From: Candidatus Methanomethylicia archaeon
GTDB lineage: Archaea > Thermoproteota > Methanomethylicia > Culexarchaeales > Culexarchaeaceae
Direction of reading: 5' to 3'
DNA: 64,000 bases
NCBI GenBank assembly: GCA_038727515.1
Contig: JAVYVS010000001.1
Location: forward strand, 32,001-96,000
A program made the position numbers and the translations under genes. Numbering within the stretch: the stretch's first letter is position 1; each line of letters starts with the position of its first letter. Below, in pieces: positions 43,191 to 51,718 of the stretch. The notes below the pieces were generated by a model. That model was not told the DNA's origin. It was given only the letters and a program-made list of their open reading frames with translations, and did not search any database.

Positions 43191-43223
43191 TTTCACACCG
43201 AAAGCAACTTTCATACTGAAAGT
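43189..43223. promoter_or_regulatory. Tandem palindrome ACTTTC-N5-GAAAGY, twice, at the ATPase start
   Basis: ACTTTCACACCGAAAGC A ACTTTCATACTGAAAGT. Confidence 0.7.
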
Positions 43224-43444
43224 TAAAAACCTTTCTATCCTATGAGAAGAACGCTTATATACTTTTTATCATAGCTGTGACGAATGATCTATTAAATTTT
43301 TAGAACCCCACCCCTATATCATGCTTAAGCATAATTAATGCTTTATTCGCTTCCTTCAATCCAAATATGTTTATTTACTTCCTTATCAAATTTATAACTA
43401 GTCTCCACCTTTCTCCAAATTTTGTGTTACCTTCGTTAACCCTT

Positions 43445-43699
43445 ATCAGTATATTTATCTCAAAATTGTAGTATCCCGCATCTTCACCATAATACACTGG
43501 CTTCTCATCCATCATCAATGTGGATACACTATACGACTTCACCTTCGATTCATTATGCAACTTCTCCATCCCTTAGACTCAAACCTTTAAACATCTTAAA
43601 AAAGAAGTTCTGTACTGCAAATCCACTATACCTTTAAAACTTAAACTTCTCATACATTCTTAAATTGATCTTCAGTAAAACAATAGATTCATCAAACAT
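43445..43699 (-). pseudogene. cas6: cas6 5'-fragment pseudogene
   Basis: MFDESIVLLKINL..EKFKF*RYSGFAVQNFFFK/fs/EKLHNES.VK.YSVSTLMMDEKPVYYG aligns to the intact Cas6 N-terminus; upstream CATAACTTCAAAATT is also shared. Confidence 0.93.
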
Positions 43700-43851
43700 A
43701 ACTTCAAAATTGTATGAAAACCACTTTAAATCTTTTATCAAAAAATTTATACTCAAAATTTAACCAAGATTTAGTTTTGGGTACACCTTCACTTAAAGTC
43801 TCACAGCAAGATACTACAATAATACAACAGTCCAGTGGAAGAAGGGCTTTT

Positions 43852-44604
43852 ATGGTAAAACCTGAAGAATATGATGGGAATATAATGGTGGATTTAATCC
43901 GATTGCTGGATGATTTATTTTATAAGGACATAGTGAACTGCAGAAGGTGTGAGTTCTCCCAGCGGGAACCAAAGCATTATAACTCCAAACCTGAGTGGAA
44001 TTTGCCTCCCCAGTTTCAATTTTGGGCTAAAAACAAGTTTCCATGCAAGAAGGATGTATATTACACAATGTATCAGCTCAACCCTACCCGCTGGGTGGAG
44101 CCTAACGTTGTCTTCGTAAGTCTGAGATCCAGCACTGGACATATACCAAGCATATAAGATATCATATTCGCGAACGCTTTGATTAAACACGGTTTAGCGA
44201 AGGAGAGGTTCAACATGGATGGTGACAGGTTCGTCTACTATGAAACCTACGTTTTGGTTACAGATTTAACCTGTTGTAGAGGCCCAGCGAAAGAGATGGT
44301 TGAGGCGAGGCATGTGGAGGCATGCATAGGTCACTTCATTAAGCAACTTGAAATACTCAAGGAGTATTATGGAAAAATCCCGAAGATCATAGCCATTGGC
44401 AAGAGCATAACCGAACCTAAATTGAAACTGGAAAGTGTAAAGAAGTACCTTCAGGAAGTGGGAACTAAAGTCATAGGTACAGTTCCACACTATGGTAGGC
44501 AGAAAAATCCAGAGGAGTACATCAAGAAATTCGACGAAGCCCTAAATAAGAACAGAATTACTTTTAAATCCGTGGATTTCGGCCATCTTCGCAACATAAC
44601 TTAA
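43852..44604 (+). pseudogene. Divergent UDG-superfamily glycosylase interrupted by one in-frame TAA (44155-44157)
   Basis: Both ORFs share one frame; IVNCRRC, VVFVSLRSST, VLVTDLTCC, ACIGHFIKQLEIL, IIAIG and PHY parallel family-4 UDG motifs. Confidence 0.7.
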
Positions 44605-44946
44605 TCATGTAAACACGGGAATGATGTTGAAAGTTGGACCAACTTTAAAGCTGGGAAATTTTGGAAAGCATTATACTCAAGGATTGTAGCATGTATGATT
44701 TAATAAATTTACAGTAAGCTATACTTTTACACTAATTAATGAATATTGCAATGACCAGAATGGACGTCGCAACAGCTCATATTGGTGTCGAAAAATCGCC
44801 GCCATATTTTTAAGAGTCGAAATGTTAAAACAAATCTAAGACGATCAAAATGCTTGAATTTGTTTACTGTAATGAATTTCTGGAGGAGGTGGGGGAAATG
44901 TATGATGCCTTTAAAAATTGACTTAAAAGTTTAGAGAGCAATATAA

Positions 44947-45222
44947 GTGAAAAGATTAAAGAGAGAAGAAGATATCCTGCTTATGTGGATAAAAGTTATT
45001 TGTAGTATGGAAGAATTTTATATACTGAAAAAGGTTAGATATGATACTACCAGAACAGAAGGAAATATGATAATAATTCAGCTAGCCCTTTACAAAATCT
45101 TACCGATCTCTCCAATCCCAATTCGTGTGACGATTCTTGGAGATTGGCAAAAGTGGTATGAAGAAAAAGCGATGATGAAGGAAAAAGCTTCATATCTAAA
45201 TGGAGCCTTCCGACGGAATTAG
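44947..45222 (+). CDS. Hypothetical protein or gene remnant
   Basis: 91-aa ORF in a decayed region; no recognised motif. Confidence 0.25.
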   Translation: MKRLKREEDILLMWIKVICSMEEFYILKKVRYDTTRTEGNMIIIQLALYKILPISPIPIRVTILGDWQKWYEEKAMMKEKASYLNGAFRRN

Positions 45223-45493
45223 TGAATTCAAAAGGTCCAAGTTTTATTGGCATAATGAGTGATATCTCGTTTATGAAACGACAGGTATTTCAGAGTCAAT
45301 TGATTTACTTTATGATAAAAGACGAATAAAAATTAGAAAACTCTTCTCTCCATTAAATTTGATAATTATGATTTTTCCAAGATTTTACAAATAACTGAAA
45401 GTCTTTTTGCATGGTCTGAAGATAGTGAAGCTATAGTAAAACTTACTCTCAAAACTTGAACTCTAATCTAAATTTGATCTTAGATTATGCCAT

Positions 45494-45570
45494 AAAACTC
45501 CTTGAACATTCATTTATCCTATACAATTTAGCTTCACAAATTTTCTCAAATTCTGGAATCTTCATTTTAA
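45494..45570 (-). pseudogene. Eroded fragment of the THUMP-SPOUT gene
   Basis: Collinear with about 41367-41462 (CAATTTAGCTTCACAAATTTTCTC identical); 18-nt deletion between TTTCTC repeats. Confidence 0.85.
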
Positions 45571-45703
45571 CATTTATGGTGCATTTGTATCCATGTATAG
45601 CTTTAAATATGGTAATCAAATAAAAGTAAAGGATAAATTTTATTTAAATAAATTTATTTGTGGATACTTTCTTAAACAATTAAATATTTGATGGTAAAAT
45701 AAT

Positions 45704-47752
45704 ATGAGTACCCTTAGTTTTTGTCCTAAATGCGAAAGTTTAATGAAGTTTAGAAAGGTGGGAAATAAATTAGAAACTTATTGTACTAGATGTGGATATA
45801 CGAGTATTATTATAGAATTTGAGGAGAGAAAATCTAAAAAGATTGTTGAAATAGATTTAAATGAATTAATGGATGTAATCATTAGAGAGAGAAGTTTTGC
45901 AGTTAAAGATGCTACGAGTATAAGTTATCCTGCTATTATTGTTGATGTTTCACATGGAATAGCCACCATAAAAACAAAGTATGCTACTCATTTTCAATCT
46001 GGAGATCCCATAGGCTTCTATGAAAAAGGTGGCCCAAAATATTTTGGAACAGTAATCGATTCACATCAAGACTTTATAACAGTTTTAACACCAATTGAAT
46101 GGGATGAAATAGAAAAAGAATTATATATTGATATTTTCGATTATGAACCATTAATAAGTTATGATCTTCAATTAAACCTTCTCAAACAGATAAATGGAGA
46201 AGAATCTGAATATTTAAATGTAAAAGTATCAAATGAGAATGCTATTAATCTCGTTTTTAAAAATCTTAGTTTACCAGAATTGAAATATCACAAACTTATG
46301 GATGTAATGGATGTTAGTAAAAGGTTTAAACTTGATAATTCACAGATAAAAGCTGTTGAAGCTGCACTTGCCTTAAACGATAATGAAATACTTTTAATTG
46401 TAGGTCCACCGGGAACTGGTAAAACTAGAGTTATAGCTAAAATAGCTTTCGAATTAATGAAGAGAGGTGAAAAAGTACTAATAACTTCACATACCAATAG
46501 AGCTGTAGATAATGCTGTAGAAAATCTACCTTTAGAGAAAACACTTAGAGTTGGCAGACCAGAAAAAGTTTTAGAAAACATAAAGAAGTACCTACTCAGC
46601 TATAGGGCGAGAGAACGAATAGGTCAAATGATATTGGATTTAGATAATAAATTATATAAATTTTTCAATGAACTACGTAATTTAATTAAAGATTACGAGA
46701 AAATTAAAGATTACAAGAAAAGTAGAAATTATGAAAAGATTGTATTAAGGAATATCTTAAAGAAATATAAATCTCACATTATAGATACCATTAAAAATAG
46801 AAATAAAATGATTAGAGAAGAATGTGAAAAACTAATTGATGAAATTCCGATAATTGGATCTACATTAGTTAAATCACAATTACCACCATTGTGGAACATT
46901 GATTTTGATACTGTAATTATTGATGAAGCTAGTCAAGCATCAATAACATTAGCATTGTTAGCCATGGTTAAAGGTAGGAAGTGGATTTTAGTTGGAGATC
47001 ATAAACAATTACTGCCAATATTTCGAGATAAAAGAGTAAGTAGTATAGAATCAAGAATAAAGTTAAGTGCATTTTCAGGTTTAAAGGAAAAATATGAGCA
47101 TAGACATTTATGGCTGCAAATACATTATAGAAGTCACCCAGACATAATTGGATTCTCAACAAAATATATTTATGAAAACAAAATAAAATGTCATGAAACA
47201 TGTTTAAACCAAACATTAAAATTTGAAAAACCTCCAAAACTAGAATTCCTTACAGAAACAAAACCAGCAGTATTCATCCATGTTAATGGTATAGATGAAG
47301 TGGTGGGGAAATCGAGAAGAAATGAAAAGGAAGTTGAAGTTATATGTGAAATAATAAGAGAATTAATAAATTGTGGGATAAAACCATCAGAAATAGGGGT
47401 AATAAGCCCATTCATAGCACAAACAAAACAAATAATAGAAAAACTACCAAAAACAAAAGAGAAAATAGAAGTAAACACAGTAGATGCATTCCAAGGAAGA
47501 GAAAAAGAAGTAATAATATTCAGCATAACAGACACTACAAAACTAAAATTTCCCTCAGACCCCCATAGACTAAACGTAGCACTCACAAGACCCAGAAAGA
47601 AACTAATAGTCGTAGGAAATGGAAAAGCAATAACAGAAAAAGCAAAAAACACACTACTCCACAAATACCTAGAATACTGCTACACAAAAAACACAATATA
47701 CGACTGGAACAAAAAGATATGGCTACAAAAACAAGAAAAAACTCAAACTTAA
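45704..47752 (+). CDS. SF1B (Upf1/DNA2-like) helicase with N-terminal zinc ribbon
   Basis: FCPKC..CTRCGY; SQ, GPPGTGKT, TNRAVDN, IDEASQ, GDHKQL, HYRSH, TVDAFQGRE, RLNVALTR. Confidence 0.93.
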   Translation: MSTLSFCPKCESLMKFRKVGNKLETYCTRCGYTSIIIEFEERKSKKIVEIDLNELMDVIIRERSFAVKDATSISYPAIIVDVSHGIATIKTKYATHFQSGDPIGFYEKGGPKYFGTVIDSHQDFITVLTPIEWDEIEKELYIDIFDYEPLISYDLQLNLLKQINGEESEYLNVKVSNENAINLVFKNLSLPELKYHKLMDVMDVSKRFKLDNSQIKAVEAALALNDNEILLIVGPPGTGKTRVIAKIAFELMKRGEKVLITSHTNRAVDNAVENLPLEKTLRVGRPEKVLENIKKYLLSYRARERIGQMILDLDNKLYKFFNELRNLIKDYEKIKDYKKSRNYEKIVLRNILKKYKSHIIDTIKNRNKMIREECEKLIDEIPIIGSTLVKSQLPPLWNIDFDTVIIDEASQASITLALLAMVKGRKWILVGDHKQLLPIFRDKRVSSIESRIKLSAFSGLKEKYEHRHLWLQIHYRSHPDIIGFSTKYIYENKIKCHETCLNQTLKFEKPPKLEFLTETKPAVFIHVNGIDEVVGKSRRNEKEVEVICEIIRELINCGIKPSEIGVISPFIAQTKQIIEKLPKTKEKIEVNTVDAFQGREKEVIIFSITDTTKLKFPSDPHRLNVALTRPRKKLIVVGNGKAITEKAKNTLLHKYLEYCYTKNTIYDWNKKIWLQKQEKTQT

Positions 47753-47914
47753 TTACTTCCATAATCTTCTTAAATTCACATGAACAACAATAGCTAATAG
47801 TGTTTTCTCATTCTTTACCCTCATCCCATTTCACAAAACATTAAATAGATGTTCACAGTCTTATGATAGAAATATAAGTAATTCATCACCATATAGATTA
47901 TGGAGATAATTTTT

Positions 47915-48106
47915 ATGAATGTAAATATTAGAATTGAGGATCTTAAAGAATCAAATATTAATGATCTCATATATGTTTGCTCCTCTAAAAGGCTTGATGA
48001 TCCAATCCATCAGCAGGGTATGAGATTTAAGAAGCTTTGACTTCTTGAAATACTTAAAAAATATGGTTCCATTGCAAAAATTGCTTACCACAATTCTAAT
48101 ATTTAA
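47915..48106 (+). pseudogene. Truncated GNAT (YoaP-like) acetyltransferase N-terminus
   Basis: MNVNIRIEDLKESNINDLIYVCSS...KKL*LLEILKKYGSIAKIAY; TGA at 48038 where Trp is expected. Confidence 0.55.
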
Positions 48107-48166
48107 CGAAGTAGATTTTAAGCTTAAATTGAAGAAGCTTCAAATCATTAATGAAAGAGGGTATAT

Positions 48167-48637
48167 ATGACGAATTACTGGGTTCTATCATCTTATAGTT
48201 TAGATAATATACGGAGAGCTCATGAAAGGTTGATATGGGGCTTTACAGATCCTACAATTAAGAAAGAAGAGAAGTATGCTAAAAATTGGCGGGACTTCAT
48301 TAAATTATACAATAAAATTTCGTTCGGTGACATAATGGCTTTTCAACTCTTTCAGGAAGGAAGATTTTATATTCACGGCTTAGGCGTGGTTCAAGAAAAA
48401 TTTTACGATGACGAGACACCGATATGGGATGATGAGGTCAAATATAGGCGTGTCTTATACCCTTGGAAAGTTAGATTTGGATTAATGCTATACTCAGAGT
48501 CACCTATTACAGAGTTAGCTATACCTACCCATGAATACGTTACAGGCTATGGTATTGGTAAGTTGCCGAGAGGAGACTTAGAAACAATTATTCGGAGTTT
48601 AGAAAAAACCACAGGTTTAAAAGTCAAGTTCATATAA
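48167..48637 (+). CDS. Stand-alone EVE (PUA-like) domain protein
   Basis: NYWV, IWG, ISFGD, GLGVV, YDDETPIWDDE...YPWKVRF. Confidence 0.78.
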   Translation: MTNYWVLSSYSLDNIRRAHERLIWGFTDPTIKKEEKYAKNWRDFIKLYNKISFGDIMAFQLFQEGRFYIHGLGVVQEKFYDDETPIWDDEVKYRRVLYPWKVRFGLMLYSESPITELAIPTHEYVTGYGIGKLPRGDLETIIRSLEKTTGLKVKFI

Positions 48638-48784
48638 ATCAATTTAAGAAGTTAAGATCTTTGAAATCCTAAATAAAGAGATTTTGCGGATATAAGCCTA
48701 TAGAGCTCTGCTGGATGACATGGCTCATCCAGCCCGAGGGAAAAAAATGAGGATAGAGAAATATTCAAGCATACCATCAAAGAT

Positions 48785-49642
48785 TTAAGCGTAGAATTTC
48801 TTAGCACTCTCACAGATCTTCGCAATTGGACACTCTTCACAATCAGGGTCTATGTCGTAGCAATAGTCGCGTCCCACAACCCAAAAGATATCATCCAATT
48901 TTACTGGAAGGTCTGGAAAGGCTAGCTTAGAGAATGCGAGTATATCATGGATGTGGTTTGGTAGCTCGCCCCTCCACCCTTCTTCCCCTGGAAACATGCG
49001 GCCGAAAATCCTATTGAAAACTTTGATTACATTAACGTCTATAGGCATATCTGCAAGATTCCCCTCTTTAACATCAAATTCTGGTGACTTTGCCTTCACT
49101 TGGTCAAACCAGGGATGGCATTTGGAAAGACCTAAAGATCTATAAATGAAGTCTTTCGTTGTCATACTAGCCTTTTTAGGACCAATTCCCGCTATTCTCC
49201 TCAATGTGAAGTAGACTTCCAAAGCCGTGTACGGTCTATTCTCAAACATGGTTACTGGAGACTTCCCCTCTTTTTGAAAGAATCTTAGAGCATCTAGTAT
49301 ATCCTCAGAAATTTTATTAATATATCCATCCTGCCCCTCCTTATCCTTCATACGACTAGAACATTTATCTTCAAAAAACTTTCTTAACATCTCTTTATAA
49401 TCAACTTTTAAAAGTCTGGGTAGGTCAAACCCCCCTATCCTATCATTCAACCATGAAGGAAACTCAAAGGCATAACCGTGGAACCCTCGTTCATTGCATA
49501 TCGTGGCTATTAAAGGTGCAAATTCGTTTTGCTCTAAAAGAGGATCATCGGGCCACTCCAAATAAAATTTTTCCCAGATTTCAGCGAGCTTTTCAGCCTT
49601 CTCCTTAATTTCTGAAAAGCTAAAATCTTTTATACTCATCAA
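48785..49642 (-). CDS. Divergent HhH-GPD DNA glycosylase/lyase with [4Fe-4S] loop
   Basis: HhH LRRIAGIGPKKA, catalytic Asp in MPIDVNV, C-x6-C-x2-C-x5-C. Confidence 0.85.
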   Translation of the reverse strand: MMSIKDFSFSEIKEKAEKLAEIWEKFYLEWPDDPLLEQNEFAPLIATICNERGFHGYAFEFPSWLNDRIGGFDLPRLLKVDYKEMLRKFFEDKCSSRMKDKEGQDGYINKISEDILDALRFFQKEGKSPVTMFENRPYTALEVYFTLRRIAGIGPKKASMTTKDFIYRSLGLSKCHPWFDQVKAKSPEFDVKEGNLADMPIDVNVIKVFNRIFGRMFPGEEGWRGELPNHIHDILAFSKLAFPDLPVKLDDIFWVVGRDYCYDIDPDCEECPIAKICESAKKFYA

Positions 49643-49968
49643 GTAACATATAGTAAAGTTTCAATTTAAAGGTTTAATGATATTAGATTTTACGGAAAAT
49701 TTCTGGTTCTGAAAATAATGAGGGAACTGTTTATCAAAGGCTTAATTCTTATTTAAGAACTATTGAAGCTCATGTTTTGCCTCAAAACTCTTTGGATGAG
49801 TCTTGCTGGTTAAATCAATTTCACGGTTTAAATGCTTGCTATGATTATGAGGCTTTAGGAAAAGAATATTGTGGAGGAGGATATAAGTTTCCTACATCAA
49901 TCTTTCCATTGTTTTTAAAGGGCTATTCAGATAAATCTTGAGGTTTTAAATGTTAATTTTAACTCTTT

Positions 49969-51336
49969 TCAGGAGCCTTTTTTAATCCAATTTTCTACGT
50001 CATTTAGTTTGTTATTTATGTATCTGATTTTTATGTCTTCTCCATCTCTCTTCACTTCAACCATAGTGCTTTCAAAACCTGAATGTGCAAAGAAGTCTCT
50101 TACAATTTCCTTACTTCCTTTTGCTTCAATAACCTTGCTATACACAGTCCAATCGTTGGGTATTTTTTCTTTATTCGCCTTTATTTCATTTACATCACGT
50201 TTCAAAAATCTACAGTTTAAACTTAAGTTTAATTCTTTGTATAGTGGGATAAATTCTGATAATATGCCACATATGTTTGGTTCATCTTCTTTAACCTTGT
50301 CTTTAAGTTTATTTTTTATGAATGTGTATATCGCCATTGAATAGAAGATGTTAATTAATTCTTTGTCTTTAACAGTATATGTGTAAATCTTATTTTCATT
50401 TTTATTGATTTTTGGTTTAATTATTCCTTCACATTTTTCCGTGAAGAATTCTATTAAATCATCTTCTAAACTTTCAATTTTAAAGTCTAAATTTATCATT
50501 TTTTGATTATTGTTTTTACGGGTATAGAAAGCTAGTGGTGTATTATATTTTATTGAATTGAAAGCTAATGTAAAAATGTCTAGGAAATTTCTCAAGTTTT
50601 CCCTTAAATACTCAGTTTCTTTGCCGATTTTCATTCTCAAATTTTCATCAACTTCAATGTAGTATTCAGGTTTACAAATCTCATCTATTCTTCTACCTCT
50701 AATTGGAGATTCAAAGAAAGCTTTAACATCATATTCACATAAATGTATCCTGTATTTATCCTTTTTTAAACCTTTTATAATAGGCTCTGAAACAGCATAT
50801 TTAGCTTTAATTCCACGTTTTTGAAGCTTCCTCTTAACAATTATTGCTCTTAAAGCTTCAAGAAGTGTGGATACATACAAATTGTATCCAGTGGAGATAT
50901 CGGCGATAATCATTAATTCATCATCAATATTCCTTTCATGTTTCAACATTTCGAAAAACAATTGGAGTTGAATATTGTTTGGAGCACTTTCAAATTCAAA
51001 TTCTACATCTCCAATCCTATATCTACCAATGGAATTAACGATGATAACATCAAAATTTCCACATTTAGAATAACTTGAAATCTTGTCTTTAAAAATCTCC
51101 TTAATCTTATTTTCATTGAAATCATACAATAAACTTTTATCTTCAACCATGCTGCAAGGACAGATATAGAAGACTTTAACATCAAAATCCTTTTTCATGT
51201 AATATGAAGCTAGAGCGTCTGAAGATAGGTAAACATCGTTTTCCTCATGGCCATCAACAATATAAGAAACCTTTTCATATCGAGCAATATCCCCAAGAAC
51301 CTTATAAATATAAAGAGTTTTCTCAGGTTTAGACAC
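49969..51336 (-). CDS. csx1: CARF-HEPN ribonuclease Csx1
   Basis: CARF DISTGYN, NTPL, HEPN R(D)FFAHSGF; adjacent to the type III-B locus. Confidence 0.9.
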   Translation of the reverse strand: MSKPEKTLYIYKVLGDIARYEKVSYIVDGHEENDVYLSSDALASYYMKKDFDVKVFYICPCSMVEDKSLLYDFNENKIKEIFKDKISSYSKCGNFDVIIVNSIGRYRIGDVEFEFESAPNNIQLQLFFEMLKHERNIDDELMIIADISTGYNLYVSTLLEALRAIIVKRKLQKRGIKAKYAVSEPIIKGLKKDKYRIHLCEYDVKAFFESPIRGRRIDEICKPEYYIEVDENLRMKIGKETEYLRENLRNFLDIFTLAFNSIKYNTPLAFYTRKNNNQKMINLDFKIESLEDDLIEFFTEKCEGIIKPKINKNENKIYTYTVKDKELINIFYSMAIYTFIKNKLKDKVKEDEPNICGILSEFIPLYKELNLSLNCRFLKRDVNEIKANKEKIPNDWTVYSKVIEAKGSKEIVRDFFAHSGFESTMVEVKRDGEDIKIRYINNKLNDVENWIKKGS

Positions 51337-51409
51337 ATAAAAATTAGTAAAACTAAAATTTAAAATTTTTTAACTTAAAATTAAATAAACAAATATGGGG
51401 TAGAAGATT

Positions 51410-51718
51410 GTGAATGATTTAAATTGGTTGGTAATAGAAGGAGATGAAATTAAGTTTAATTTAACTCCAAATCAATCAATAACCCCAGACAGTTTACCTA
51501 AAGCAGTTGAAATAGTGTATAATCATTTCAGCATAAATAAAGTTGATTTGATAAAGGTTAGTGGGAGAGGTCCCATATGGCTTTATAGTGCCGTGGTCCA
51601 TGCAGTCGCCCACTTAGCTAAGGCAATAGCAGTTTACGATGCAATAAACAATTGTTACATAGTTGTTGTAAGTCATCACCCAAAATATGAAATTGGGCAA
51701 ATCATAGAGAAATCATAA
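51410..51718 (+). CDS. csx3: Ring nuclease Crn3 (Csx3)
   Basis: VSGRGPIWLY...H...AVYD...VVVSH. Confidence 0.88.
   Translation: MNDLNWLVIEGDEIKFNLTPNQSITPDSLPKAVEIVYNHFSINKVDLIKVSGRGPIWLYSAVVHAVAHLAKAIAVYDAINNCYIVVVSHHPKYEIGQIIEKS

Noticed and set aside
43714-43851. ORF-track start of the UDG-like gene
   Set aside because: The first codons lie in the duplicated cas6 promoter sequence; ATG 43852 or a later one is more plausible.
49680-49940. Start-less open frame of about 80 codons between the glycosylase and csx1
   Set aside because: It has no recognisable motif or start; it may be another relic but cannot be assigned.
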